Assembly (NCBI RefSeq): GCF_009914755.1
Contig: NC_060931.1
Reading direction: 5' to 3' (one strand)
DNA: 64,000 bases
DNA from: the human T2T-CHM13v2.0 reference genome, Homo sapiens
The position numbers and the translations under genes are program-made. Position 1 is the stretch's first letter. Each line of letters starts with the position of its first letter. The notes beneath the pieces were generated by a model. That model was not told the DNA's origin and searched no databases. It was given only the letters and a program-made list of their open reading frames with translations. Of the stretch, positions 1 through 18,286 are shown one piece after another.

Positions 1-314
1 AGAATACTGAACATATTAAAAACATTTAGCCAAAATAATACTTCACATTGGGTGTTGATGATTAGAAAATGGTTTGCCAAGACTACTGCTACTGTGAATA
101 AAGAACACCAGTATGAGCCTATGTGCTTTTATCTTTTTTTCTGCTGTCTTTCAAAATTCCTGAGAATGACACATATGTGTTTTGGCATTTACTCCTTCCC
201 TCAGGTTCTAGCAGAGGATATGGACAAAACTTGAGGGGCAGGGGTCAGGGAAAGATAGCTATAGGAACTAATTAATACTATTAATGACCATGGTAATTAG
301 TGGCATATGGACTG

Positions 315-530
315 GAATTTATTACTGTGTCCAGGCTCTGTGACAGACATTGTGCATCCTCAATTCTCACAAAAACCCTCCCATGATTACTATAAATAAA
401 TCTCTCTTTTCCAGACGATGACACCACCTCAGAGAGGTGAGTAAATTGCTCAAGGTCACGAAGTTAACAGTGGTTAAGAACAGCACTGGCTTTGAATACT
501 ATCTGAATCCAAAGCCCATATTCCTTATAC
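315..530 (-). mobile_element. MIR
   Basis: Core CTCAGAGAGGTGAGTAAATTGCTCAAGGTCAC. Confidence 0.7.
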
Positions 531-975
531 TACCCCAAACAAGGAGCTATAGAATACAAAGAGATAATTTTGTTGGGCGAGATTAGGAAAGCTTTATGGA
601 AGAAGGAAATGACTACTCCACCTTGCATTCTACAGTGAAGGCAATAACTATTAGTATGCTGGAAAAGTAAGAAACCCAGGAGAGCAGGCAATGCAAGTAA
701 AACAGAGAAAAAGCCTTAAATGAAATTGTAGCAATAAGGACAAAGAAGTATCTCAATACAGTACAGGCAAATGTCCTGCCACAGGGATATAGAATAACCT
801 TGAGAAGTAACAATTAACAATACTGTGAACAGAATTGTTAGATGTATGAGTTTGATGTCACAAAAGTAAAACATTAATGTGGAATTGATTTAACCTAATG
901 ACAGGTTAATTTTTCATAAGTCAGATTATATATTACATTAGACATTAAATTGCTGTTTTTAAGGTTTAATTTTTA

Positions 976-1368
<393 letters not shown>

Positions 1369-2964
1369 TTACACATTTGTGGATTAAAGGTCATTTACAG
1401 AAACATTCACAACTACAACTCATAAAATATTAAAATACATTAAAAGAAAGGGTAATGAAAAGGTCTTTTTCTGAAACACTAGAATCATTTCCAGGTAAAG
1501 TCATCTTAATTATGTAGGTAAATATAAAAATTGTGGGAAAATTATAACTCCCCTTCTGGGTTTCTACACCCTATGAAGATATATTCTATTGTCAGTAATG
1601 TTCAGATTTTAGGGGATTATATACTGCTTTCCACAGCTGCTTTTCTTGTCCGTTTTGTCAAGCTCAAAGTCAAATGAATAAAACTCAAATGAATAAAAAA
1701 GTAGCCTAGGGAGTAGGTTCTCTTTTTCAAAGTCAGGATTCAGATTTCATGTTAGAAAATACAGAACAAAGTTTTGTTTTTGTTTTTAAAAAACTGTATT
1801 AAAAGTCAGTGGTTTTACTACTAAATTTTTAGTCATGTTTTCCACTGATGTTTTTCCTCAAAATAAAAATTGTTATTTTTTTGTCCTCCTCAGTTTAAAC
1901 AAATCCCCTAAAAATCTGAGGCATCCTGTTATCAAAGAGAATAGTACTTCCCTAGCTTTCATACATCAGCAGCATTCTGACACTGCTTAACATATTTTAT
2001 TTCACCTTAGCTTAAAATAATCAATCTATCTGACTCAAAAGCCACAGTATATATTCCTTTTCCTTTGACTAGGTCCTACGTTATGACTGAGGAATTCACA
2101 AAGAAAAATAAAAAAACAAAAATCTCTTTCTGTGTACAATATTTTTAGATTTACATCCTAAATGGGGTTATACAATATTTGTTTAATCTTTGCTCTGTGT
2201 ACTGTTATGTCCTTTGTTCTCATCTGTGTAGGGGATGAGCTGATTATTTATGTTGTAACAATAGGAGTTCATGTACCACAGTGAGGATTTTTTTTTCCTT
2301 AATCTGAGAGGCAGCTACTAACAAGCTTCAGCTGGAAATGCTTGATGTAAAAACAGTGTGAACCTGTTTCTCGGCTAATAAACTGTTATTTCTGCCAACA
2401 AAAGAAAATCAATTTACAACTGTAATTAATTTTTAACATGCTCATTATTTTTATACGTTCATAGGTTGTTATATGTCCATTGACTTAAGAAATATCCTAT
2501 CCTGCTTGTCCTGGAGGAGCTTCACAATCTGAAACATATTAAATTATTTAAATAAATGAACTTAACAAATGAAATTTCAGTGTATGAGTTCCACACAACC
2601 CAACAAGCACCACATTTGATCTGAATTCAGGAGACTTGACGGTTCATGGCATATATTGAGAGTTCAACTGACATTTTTACACACACAAAGCAGAGGTGGT
2701 AAATGCAGCACATGGCAGAAATAGGCAAATATCATCAAAGCAGTTCAACTTTAAATCACTACCATAAATTTTCATTTCAAAAAAAAAAAAAGGAGAGTGG
2801 TTTGCTAGTCTTCAAATATGCTCAGATAAACAAAAAGTAGCATGTATGTTTATACATAGAGCAACTGAAGATAAAGCCTCTAATCTCTGGAACTTTTTAG
2901 CATGCAAACTGCCTGCAAATCTTTAGCAACCATGAAGACCATAAATGCCTGTTAGGAGAATGGG

Positions 2965-4040
2965 AGATCATTCAATGAATGACTCTCATGTTCATGGATG
3001 GCATTGTGCAAGAGATACAAAAATGAACAGACAACGTCTATGCCCTCAAACATCAGGGTAGTTGGAGACAAACACATAAAATGGTAATGACAAAATGAGT
3101 GCTACGTTAGTATTATAATATGCATAAACATAATTATCTGACTATAGAGAAGAAAATGAACTAAAAGGGAGGGAGGCAAAGTGCAGATTCACTGAGAAAT
3201 GACATTTGGGAGATGGACCATGATGCGTAAAAAGAGAGCTCGATAGTTGTAAGGGGAAAGTACATGCAACAATATAAAAACATTTAAAATTAGTGTGTTT
3301 TCAGAGAGGAAACAGCTTATTGTGAATGGTATATATGGTGAATGAAGGAAGTGGTAGAAATTGGGGCCAGATTATGAAGGACCTTGCAATAAATGCTACT
3401 GAATGTAGACTTGGTTCTGTAAATAATGTAACTCATCAAAAAAAAGTATAACCAGAAAAGAAAGACCAAATTTATTTTTCAAGATTTATGCTGATGACCG
3501 TATGGATGATGAACCAGCAAGTGCCTAGTGACAAGGAGACCAGATAGAAAGCTGGTGCAACTGCCTAATAAGGAAGCTACTGATTTAAGGTAATGTCAGT
3601 GAGGGTGGAAAAAAAGGAGAATGTTTAAGAGACATTTGTATTTAGGAAAAATAGACTAGACTTGACCAAGTAAATGAAGGAGAGAAAATGAGACGGTTCA
3701 GAGATAATTTCTCCATTTAGCTAAACTAAAAACTAGAAACTATATTATCTTTGTTTTTCTAGCATCTAATAACGCGTATACTACATGGCAGGTGCTTAGT
3801 AATGGATGAATTAATAAATGATTAGTTTTGAAATCTAGGTAAGGCTGAAAACCCAGGGAAAGATTTAGGGAATGATTTGGTTTGGGGCACACCAGTGTCT
3901 GACATATATGGGTCATCCAGGTACAGTTCAGGTTCAGCTGGCAATTTGGATGGAGAGCTAGAGAATAAGAACTAGAAATATGTATTTCAAAAGCCACCAA
4001 CATACACAGAGCACTAGCGCCAAGGGAGTAGATAAGACAG
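2965..4040 (-). mobile_element. L2 fragments
   Basis: Purine-rich antisense L2-like sequence (GGGGCCAGATTATGAAGGACCTTG, GGAGACCAGATAGAAAGCT). Confidence 0.55.
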
Positions 4041-4383
4041 CTCTGGGTAAATCTAGTTCCCTTTCTTGTTAACTATGGAGGAGGCATGATTACTTTTGAT
4101 TCTAAGAATTCAATTAACCACCACCATTCAGAGTGACCAAAGGTGAGGGAGCATTCAGGTTCTAAAGGCTACCTGGGCCTAAGAACCCTAATTTTTCATC
4201 TAGGAGAAAAGATAAAGAGTCTTCTCTGAAGCACCAGCTACTGCTGTATGTCTATAGATGGGCAGGTGTGGCCAGTCTCCTTCAAAAATCTCCAATTCAT
4301 TGTGTGCTGACAAGGAATCAAGACAATTTCTTACTGGAAACCCTCTTTAAGCACCAACATGTCTTTTAATCATCTTTTATAGA

Positions 4384-4723
<340 letters not shown>

Positions 4724-7700
4724 TAAATCATTTATCTCCTATCTGTTCTTATTAAAACTCTTCTCATTTAAACAATCTAGTCATTAAGTTCTATCTAATG
4801 CACAAATTTGCCTATATAGTCACTATATATTAGTAGTATGGAATCTCTTAAACATGCATTTGCAAGCACATATCCATACAAACTTTTTTGTGTGTTGTCA
4901 GCTAAAAATCTGCCAAGTTAAATAAAATTTATTGGGGTTTAATATATTTCCCCCAAAAATGTGAATAAAGGATATACATTTAGTAAACTTATTGGAAGTA
5001 ACACTAATCTTTGAGAAAGGTAGTTATAAAATATTGCCCACAAAAATAAAGTACCAATGTATTATTTTATACAAAAGTAGAAAGCATAATTTATGCAATT
5101 TTTTAAATCCCTTAGGCAGTTTTTTATATGTCACCCTTAGGCACTGGTTTCATTTTTCTAGAGTTCAGTAAAAATGCCCACTGCTGCAATTATACATTCA
5201 CAAAGGCAAAGTGATTACACTAAGAAATTTAATGGCAGATTTAGAGAAGATAAGAAAATAGCAGGGGAAAACACTGTTCTTTTACATATGAGAACAAGAA
5301 AAACAATCTTTTATCCCTGCGCAGTAAAATAAAATATGCTGTGCTTTTTAGTATCCTTGGTAATAATTAATACTGGTATTCCTTACAACAGTAGTACAGC
5401 TAGTAAAAATCATAGGTTAACTTTACTCTTTGCAAACATGAAACATCCCAAAGCAGTTTTTTAAAAAATCTCCTGAAGTAGGTATCTACTGCAGAGTGGT
5501 CTGATGGCAGAACAGTAATATGTCCACACCAGGGGTAGTAGGAGATTTGAGAATCTCATTTACTGCACCAGTGGAGACTGAGCATCATGGCGGTGATGCT
5601 CTTAGAATCTAGAAAAGAGCCAGCCTCTATTAAATAGCATCCCTGCTGACCTCTTCATCAGCGAAGTAGGCATTAAGTAAGGCTCCTTTACCATCTTGGA
5701 ATGCAATGTCTCACAATCTCAGTTGTTGTTAAGAAAAAAACATAGTAAGATTATTAGGAAATGTTAGCATTCAAGCTATTTTCTATGATTTACATAACTT
5801 ACCTTAATAGCATCAAGCATTACAGTCAAATATTACAGAAACACTGGAATGCTGGCACAGGACAAATGAAATGCAGAGAAATTGCAAAGGAAGAGCTCTT
5901 CACGTTTCTAATAATTTAGTATCCATGGAATTTTAAGGAAAACTGTCCCTTTTAGTCACCAAGTTTAATGTCTATAAAGATAATGCCCACACTCAAATCA
6001 ATTTATATAAATATCTTACAGCTAGATTTTAGGATGTTACTCTTTATGTCTACAAAATTCAAATTGTTATCTGATCAATAAATGGATTAGATATTTTTAT
6101 CTACTAGATTTCTAGTGTTATCTGACTAGCGTTTAATGAATGTAGCTACTTTTTGTAGAAATATAAATATTATGTAATATGCAAATTAACTTTTAAGGTA
6201 AAGAAATTTTATCATAAAGTCTTCATAAAATTTATTTAAAGTGCTTTTGGTTAAAAATCTATAAAAGCAGTTTGAAATAATGTATATTAAAAAAGGACAT
6301 GAGTATAATTTTCCATTATGAAGTATTTCAAATATAGCCATGTAACTTTTTAAGAAAAGCCACTCAGACTGTATATACTAGGCCATATACAATATACTGA
6401 TTACTTCTCCATAACTTAAGTTCCAAGTCTTGAGATTGTCTGACACCAATGTCATAACTAAATTTAATTGGGTATTAACAAAATTTAGTTATAAATATCA
6501 ATCATTGCTTCAAACACTAAGTTCAAGGCATGTCAGAAGGAAATATTCAACAAACAGGTTTGTTATGACTCAGTAGAAAACACTTAAATATCTAAGTTAT
6601 AAAATATTAAGAACTACTTAAGTAAAAAACTCTTATTTATTCACTTTAAGTACTTATTAGTATTCACTTTAAGTATTTAAGTATTAGTTCCTTCAGCACA
6701 TATATGTCTTCACAGTAAATACATATATACACCATTAACTCTAAACATATAAAATAGAATCTGGTGGCTGCACCAGCACAAATGAAGGGCTGTGGAATCC
6801 ACAGACACATCTTCATTTCTGTATTCTCTTTATCCAAGACAATGCCTGAAACATAGTAGACACTTAGTAAATATTTGTTAAATGAAATTTTAAGCAGAGA
6901 AAGATAAATTTAATTCCAACCATGGAAAAAAAATAAACACTGACTTTGAACTTGAAATGTGAATTAGATTAAAATATTTTTATTTATAAACGTTTTAGAA
7001 TTAAATAAAAATTAACAACGTCTCCTCTTTAGAAAACTGAAAACTATATAAATTTACCACATATCTACCTGTATTTGAAGAAATATGCCAAAATCTATTT
7101 TTGGTGTAATAAAACGTTAGCTACCTTAACAAGTACAGTATAGCAAAAACATCTTCCTACAGCTATGGTGAATTACAGATGAAGTATTTGCTAAAAAAAA
7201 AATTTTCATAGATGAAACAACTAAATTATCATTCTGCTTTCTGACTGATGATAAATTCATTTGAGAAAAACAATTGGTTTGGATATATCCTACATATCTT
7301 ATAAAACAACACCTAAATGAGTAGTAAGGTTGTCTAAATGCTATTACAATAAATAAAACCTCCGTAAGAAACGATTGTTGATTCATGACCAATAAGTTAA
7401 ATCGATGTAACAAATAACTCCAAGTGTATCCATAGTATCATGACATGAGTTCATAAGCAGAGAAGGTACAAACAGAAAAGGTATATATTTGTATATTAAA
7501 CTATGCTACAAAATGTTTATGTTCTTATAAATGAAAATAAATTTGCAAAAACACTCTAAATTTTTTATTATGTACAACTAAGTATGAAACCACTCAGAAA
7601 TTAGGTATTAATTATGGAAAAATCCAACTTGTCAATATGGTACACAGAACTATTTTTTAAAAAGAACTATGCTCCTTTTCTAATCTTTCAGCTGTTTCTT

Positions 7701-10419
7701 GGTATTAATTCAGAATACATTATTTTATAATATAGTAATATTATTAAAATAAAACCTTTTAAATGGCAGAATTATAGTAAACTACTTTCAAAAATTATTT
7801 TCCAAAATGCAAATTGATCGAAGCAGATCAATGAAAATTAAAACATATTCCTTTTACAAGTCACTTTAGAAACCTATACCAATGATTTTAGAAATAAACT
7901 CTCCAGCAATTTTATTCTCTGGGAAAAAAATAAAGCAATATGGCTTTGAGATTTTAAAATAAGTGGTATCTCTGATAATCTTAAAGAACTGTACTCCTAT
8001 TGCTCTGACCTAACTACAAGAGTATTTGGGTAGGGGAGGTAAGAATGAGTAAGAGGAGACATAGAACTATAAAAAGAATGAAACAGATAATTCGGAAATT
8101 CCCATATTTTTTTCTTTTAAGAAAAAAAGAATTAAAAAGCATAACTTGGCTTTAATATATTTCTGGAAAAAAAGACAATACTATTTCTTTAAAAGCTGAC
8201 AAATGGTCTTCAAAATCATAACTGATCAAATTAAAAATTTAGAAAGAATACCTATAAACTTTACCCATTTACTGCATGTATTCCATTCTATCTTATGATG
8301 AGAGCAGAAAGGAAAGGAGAAAAGAATGAAATACCAGAATTAATGCTTTGTCACCCATGAAGTTCAGGCATACATAGAAGGGCTACATTTATCTTACTGG
8401 AATGAAAATTTTAAAAATGACCCAAATAATGACTGCAAAATTGTACTAAAGGTAAAAACCAGGTAAGACTAAAATAATAATCTAAAAAAAAATTTAAAGT
8501 CATATTTAAGTTCAATAAATCTGAACATTAACATAAAATGTTAAATGTGCTACTATTCTCTTCACTTACTTGTGAGACTAATGAATAGAATTTTATTTAA
8601 AATTCAATAGAGAATGAAGAAATTCAGAATAATGCCAACTACAATACAATATTGCTGCTAGTACTATTATAAATTTATTATTCTCAATTGGAATTTTAAT
8701 AAACTTTAAAGAGTCCTTGAGTTACTATTTTTATAACTTCATTATAGAATAGATTAGATTTGAAATACAATGGAAATAAACTTTTGCTTCAGGAGAATTC
8801 TGAATGTCTATATCATACATGATCAATTTATACACAAAATAAGTTTAAACAATTATTTAGTCAGTAAATCCAGCTATAAAAATAGCATATCACTATAAAA
8901 TAAATTCTTAAAACAGGTGAATACAAAAATAATACATGATCATCTCATATAGACACATTATAACTAATAAAAAGCAATTTACCTCCAGGTACGAAATATA
9001 ATTCATTGCCAATTTTATTTACATTTTCATAAAAGTGTAAATACACACATACATGTTTATAATTACATTTTTCAGCAAGTTTATTTCCATTCAAATGACC
9101 CAATATGTTAACAAATTTCTCTAGATATCACAGACAGTATTAACAGGTAAAAGGTCTGTTTGCCTGGCTCATCTTAAAGACAGAATGCAAAAACATTGCC
9201 ATCTAGTGTTCGTACCAAATAAGCACTTTGAAAACAAACGTATTTCTGTTTTTCACTTAAAAAATTAAGTGTATGTAGGTTAAATACAAACTGCCATTCC
9301 CATGGTTAAGAGTATAATTTTGATAGAAGAATAAAAGGAGAAAGAAGAAAACTAGAAAAGGTCACTGGGAGTCAATGGGAAGAAGAAAATATAAGGCATG
9401 TGGGAGAAATACTCTTTGGATGAGATTCCTGCCACATTTTGTTCTGGAACACAATATATATGTTATTAGATTTTCTTGGATACTTTACTGACCAAGCAAA
9501 AGTAAAGATCAACTCCTTAGAACTAGTTGCATCTATCTCTACCTACTCCCCGACCCTTTGTATACCCAATGAGAATAACTAAGATTGTGTTCCTAAATGA
9601 CTTGCTATTAAATTCACCTAAATTCATGTATAGCAATACTTTAAATATACAAATTTATCATTTTGATTATAAAATGTTAATTAGAAGAGATAAAGAATAA
9701 AAAGATCAGCAACTACAATTGTCAAGTTTGAAAAAAATTTAACTTCGTTAACAGACAAAGATACATTTTGGGCCAAGTTGTTTTCTTAACTGTGTAATAT
9801 TACTGGCACTGCTATAACCACGAAGACTGCGGACATTGTTCATCATAGTCAATGGCTCAGAGCAGCTAGTAAATCTCTAAATCAGAAGCCTCCCATTGTT
9901 TTTAATTGCCATATATTTTCCCCAGAGGATAAAATTGCTGAAGAGTTTATTTCTAAAAACAGAAAATGCTCTACGAATGTAAACAACAATATGTAAGGTA
10001 CCAATAGTAAGGTGTGGCATGTGGTGGCAGTAGTGTTACTATGATGCTACTATTACAATCACAACTACAATGACAACTACCACTACAATATAACCCCATT
10101 CAATTCCAACCAAACCAGGGTGACAGTTCACAGGTATGCCTTGCTTTTCAAACCTTTCTTCAGATCATATTAACCTTTCTTTCTGAATCTCTAACCTTAA
10201 CTCTATCCTTTGGAAATAAGATATCAGGTGATTTTAAACTATTATTTCTCTATTTACCCATTTATACATTTCTGTATAATAAACATGTATCACTTATTTA
10301 AATGAGAAATATTTAAAAAACAAAAACTCCTACTCATTCTCCACAGCCAAGCCTCATTTTTCATCTTCTGTGAACTCTTTCAACCTGCCCAATCTAGAAT
10401 TGATCTCTTTCTGCTCTAA

Positions 10420-11770
<1,351 letters not shown>

Positions 11771-13305
11771 TCATGTATACATTTTAATGCCCTAGAATAA
11801 GTTATAAGCTCATTGAAAGAAAAAACATGTATGTACTATCCTTCATTGTGCCCCTCACACAGGTAATTTGTGGGCACCTGAGAAGTACAATCACATGTGA
11901 TGCAAACATGTTTCTGCTCTGTTCAAAAGCACTGTCTGTCTCACTTCCCTAGGCTTTAAATCTCAAAGGTTTACTCATTGCATCATATTGTAAAAGTTGT
12001 TTAATCTCTCTGACTTAATGTAAGGCTCCATTGCTTATAATAAAGACCTGATAATTCAAAATACCTGCTAATCTAGAGTTACTGCAACAGTAAACACAAA
12101 ACAAAAAATTCCTATGTTGTATGTAGAAAGCTATTAATAAAAGGTAAAGTTTTATTAAAATCCAATTTCAGACAAAGCTTTTTTAGAAAATACATGGGAA
12201 AAATCCCTGTAACACAAATTAAAACTGAATTACTTTTTTAAAGTTATCAGCATTAGTGATCTACCTACCTATCTAGGTAGCTATCTACCTATATAGCTAA
12301 CTATTTATGTAGCCTAGTAACTGAGTGAACTGAGTTTCTTCAAGAACACAATAAATGTAGATACAATTTTCTATACATGCTGACTTTTATAAAAACTACC
12401 TAAATTCAATGTTGAGAAAATTGAGATTATATTTGTTACTCAAACTCTTCTCTAAATGAAAAATTAAAAGTTACCAGCACACATTAGATTACAAAGTCTG
12501 ACAGCTATTCTGGGGCCAGATTTATTCAGTGAATTAATTAAAACGCAGGCATTATTTACATATTTCTCAACCTAAAAATGCATAGAGAAAACAAAATGCT
12601 CACTGCAATATCTGACATGACTTTGCTTTTAAATAAATACTAGTTATATCATTTTGCTTTTTCTTCTATCCACTTGTACCATGTGCTAAGCATTGTTTTT
12701 CTGGACCATTTAAGAAATCTACTGTGACTATAATTTTAATAATTTGTTTTTTCTTAAAATGTCAACTAAAAAACAAACCTTAACTACTTGTTTTTTTTAA
12801 AGTCATATTTTCTATTTTTATGCTTTGCTGCCACCTAGTGAAATTCTGAGAACTTAATTATTCTAGAAAACAGCATTTTTTAATAAAAGCACATCTATCT
12901 GCAAAGTACATAGATGAGGAATAAGAACATTGTAGATTACTCTGTTACAAAAAAAAAATTTTCAATTTTGTTTTCATTAAATTACAATTCATCAACTTGG
13001 TCATCAAGCCACTTGTTTAATTAGCAAGATAATTATGATTATTTAATTTTAAAAATTCCTTTATTGAAAAAGAGCCAAATTAAATTATTTGCCATGAGGT
13101 TATACTTGTAAACATATGTAAATTTAGTGATACCCCCAAAGATTCTATATACGTAATTTTCAATTACTTACCAAAAACATGGTTCATTATATAGTTAAAA
13201 CAGTAACATATGTTGAACAAAAATCTGAATGCCTGGAATTCTATTGACTCTACTATCTGAAGAATCCCACAAAGATGACAGATAATAATCTATGATTAAG
13301 CTTAC

Positions 13306-13416
13306 CTGGGAAAAAATATTTGCTGTTGGAGCAACTCTGCTGTCCACGATACTATATAATATTGCTAATAATCTGTCTAGTGGAAATGGTTTTGGCCCAA
13401 GGAGATGATTGCTTGT
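13306..13416 (-). CDS. ORC5: ORC5 exon 12 ([37 protein letters not shown]), winged-helix region; gene continues beyond the window start
   Basis: 111 nt, tttacag|ACA and CAG|gtaagc; cumulative CDS 383 codons with no stop. Confidence 0.98.
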
Positions 13417-13594
13417 CTGTAAAAAACAAAACAAAAACATGGATTTTCTTCTTATACCAGAGCACTCACTTTCTGTACTACAAAACTGCCAGTAACAATG
13501 TATTTTTGTTATATATAGTTCCCCTAAAAATGCTAACAAATCTAACCTGCAAACTCTAAGTTAAAAGTTTAACTGATATGATCATGATTTATCC

Positions 13595-13927
13595 TTTTTT
13601 TAAGTTTGTTTTGTTTAGAGACAAGGTCCGCTGTCACCCAGGCTGGAATGCAGTGGCAGCGCAATCATGGCTCACTACAGCCTTGAATTCCTGGGCTCAA
13701 GCCATCCTCCTATGTCAGATTCTCCTCTTGAGTAGCTAGGACTCTAGGCACACACCGCAATGTTTGGGTATTTTTACAAATTATTTTGTAAAGACAGGGT
13801 CTCACTATGTTGCCCAGACTGGTCTTAAACTCCTGGCCTCAAGCAATCCTCCCCACCTTGGCCTCCCAAAGTGTTAGAATTACAGGCATGAGCCACCATA
13901 CCCAGCCATGAGCCACCATACCCAGCC
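13595..13927 (-). mobile_element. AluJ with a duplicated 5' end
   Basis: Antisense Alu; TSD ATGATTTATC; 20-nt tandem duplication. Confidence 0.9.
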
Positions 13928-14383
13928 ATGATTTATCTTTTAACATATTCCTCAAGATTTCTGACTTAGTATCAACAAATATTAATTAAAGAACTCACAG
14001 TCATCCGGTCTAGTCCTAAATATGCCTCCTATTTTACTGTTATAACCAGGTGTTAAGTAATTTTGCCAAATCCAAGATAATAACCAAACCAGATTCCTAA
14101 GTTGTAGACTAGAGCTTACTACTTATTTCTCACAATTCCTCTTTGTACCACTGCCAGGAAAATTCAACACCAGTAGCTCTAAAAAGATCAATTACAGTAA
14201 GTCGTAGCTTAACTTAGAAAACTAATAAAATATTTTATAAAGTAAATAAGCCAGCAGCCTAAAACAATGTAAAATTTAAAAAAATTTTTTCAATATTGTA
14301 AAATGTTCATACTTGTATACAAACTCATATAGTATAATTCATGTCATCAGAAACGAGACAATGCTCAAGTTCCATTCTATTAG

Positions 14384-14695
<312 letters not shown>

Positions 14696-15409
14696 ACAAA
14701 TAAGTACTTTATATTAGCAATGGCAAATAAAATTGGAAACTGTATTTACATGCATGGGAGTAACTATTTATTTAAAACAAGAATGAATGTAAAGAAGAAT
14801 ACCTACTCAGAATTATACAATGAAGTTTTTACCTCGGCTAGAAATTATTTTCCAGGTCTTAAATTTTGTATGCTTTTGTCACTAAATACTTCAAATATAT
14901 AAAAGAGTACAGAAGTGAATATAATGAATACCAATGGACTCACCACTCAATTTTATCAAATATACTGTGCAATAAGTGCAGAGAAACAAAACATTAGATC
15001 ACATTACAGATAAGTTGAAGCTTCCTTGAACCCTCTCCCATCCTATTCTCCCTTTCCTTCTCTAGAAAAATTCCACTATCTAGAATTTGATGTACTCTCA
15101 TGAAGGTTTTATACTACCGCATATGTATCCACAAACAATATACAGCATTGTTTGCATGGTTTAAAATTTTATATAAATGATATCATTTGGAACATACCTC
15201 TCTACCAATTGCTTTTTGAGATTTATCCATATAGATACATGTAGCTCTAGTCCATTTTTAAATTACCTTACAGAATTCCATTTTATGACTACTTAAAAAA
15301 ATTCATTATTACAAATAATCCTGTGACTGATAATCTTGTACATTTCTCCTTGTGCACATGTGTGAGTTTCTCTAAGTAGGACTGCTGGATTAAAGCACAA
15401 GGCAGAGTC

Positions 15410-16070
<661 letters not shown>

Positions 16071-16371
16071 ACATATTAACTTCACATATTAACTTCAGTA
16101 GATATTGTCAACCTGCAGAACAGGCAGACTCTCGCTCTTCTACATTATCTCCAGCACTTGAAATCATAGAATTTTTTAGTTTTGTCAAACCAAGAGTATG
16201 AAATATCTCACTGTTGTTTTAACTTTTTCTCTCATTAGTGAATAAGGCTGTTAATCATGTCATGATTGTTAGACATTCAGGTTCCTTATTGTATCATTTA
16301 TCCATTTTGCTATCGAATTTTTGTCCTTTTCTTATTGGTTTGTAATGAGTCTTTAAAAATTCGAGACATTA

Positions 16372-16677
<306 letters not shown>

Positions 16678-17468
16678 CTAAACGTTAACCATTTGTCTAT
16701 TGTAGGAGTTCAAGAACAGTGGTAAACATCATCGTAGGCTTTGGAGTCAGGAAGTCCTGGAATTGAGCAAAACTGCCTCTAAGAATAAGGGAAACAAAAC
16801 TTGCAGTTTCTATAGTGCAGAGTTTATATTTCAAAATTCTCCATCTTCTGACAAGAAAAGCAACAGTGGTTTGGACATACAAAGTGGAAGAAGTGATCTA
16901 AATAGTCTAAATGCTTCTTTCACCAGTTTCAACCTTATCTGACCCCACCTTCAAAAGTACTTAGTGCTTCTAATCCCTAAGCTTTTTTCCAGATTCCTAA
17001 GGCCAAATTAGCTAAGTTTGAGGCTTAGGTTTTAGCGTTTTCTCTAATCTGCTTGGTCACCTCAATATCTACCTACCATGCAATTGCAAATTCTGGGGGT
17101 CTCTCATCTGCTTAGTATTTATGAGTTTACCTTTTTTATTTGTTGTGGGTGCTTCAAAGGGGAAAGAAAAGAGGAAAATGCCTGTATTCAATTGGCTGTA
17201 TTTAACTAAATAATCCAGGGTAAACTTCTTCATCTACTAAGTCACTAAAAAACTTTGTCAACTCAGTTTTAAACTCCAGCAGCAGCTCACCTAAATGTGC
17301 ATTCAATCACTATATTCAATATAACAAAATTCTATTACAGTATAACGGTACCATATCAACACAAATAAGTTCCTATATTCAAATGACAAATACAATTACA
17401 GATGTATCTATTTCCTATATTATCTTCATTTCCTAAGTTTCTTCCATTAGAAATTAAAATGTAAATAC

Positions 17469-17516
17469 CTTTTCGTGTTTTTTTAGAAAGTTGGTTTTCT
17501 TGATTTTTCCATGATG
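17469..17516 (-). CDS. ORC5: ORC5 exon 11 (HHGKIKKTNFLKKHEK), basic segment
   Basis: 48 nt, attgcag|CAT and AAG|gtattt. Confidence 0.96.
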
Positions 17517-18017
17517 CTGCAATTAAGGAAAACAAATTTTAAGTTGAAAAGACAGTATTCCACAAAACCAGAAAACGTTATTTATTTAAAACATGGCACA
17601 CATAATACTAATCTGTATATCTCAGGTTTTTAAATAGTTATTCTTCTTATCACCTTGTATATATATTAGACTTCAACATATTTTAGGCCAATTTCGTTTA
17701 GACTTGGATTGGATATAAAATTACTTTTGCATGTAAAAAAAGAATTTCTAAAATAAAATAATGACATTTCCTAAAAGAGCTTATTATATTGATTTAGTTC
17801 AGCATATACATTGCTATAAAAATGAAACTTCCAGAGATATGGATTTTTATTCATCCCATAAGTCTGGCAATCCACATAATAAACGCTGACGGAGGGCATT
17901 TTAGTTAAGCACAGTTCACATAATAAACACTGATTGAGAGCATTTTAGTTAGGCACTCAGGATTCAATAGCAGGGGAAAACAATAGATGTGGTCCTTGCC
18001 CTCTAGAAACTAAAGAG

Positions 18018-18286
18018 GGTCAGGTACAGTGGCGCACACCTGTAATCCTATCACTTTGGGAGGCCGGAGTGGGAGGATGACTTGAGGCCAGGAATTTGGG
18101 ACCAGCCTGGCCAACATGGCAAAACCCTGTCTCTACCAAAAACATAAAACTTAGCCAGGCGTGGGGGCACACACCTGTAATCCCAGCTACTTGGGAGGCC
18201 GAGGCTGTAGTGAGCCAAGATCACACCACTGCACTCTGGCCTGGGTGAGAGTGACACTCTGTCTCAAAAAAATAAAAAAAAAATAA
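18018..18286 (+). mobile_element. AluJ with a right-arm deletion
   Basis: GAGGCCGAGGCTGTAGTGAGCC junction. Confidence 0.88.

Noticed and set aside
13320-13559. 79-aa plus-strand hydrophobic ORF
   Set aside because: Antisense shadow of ORC5 exon 12 with a non-ATG start and no independent support.
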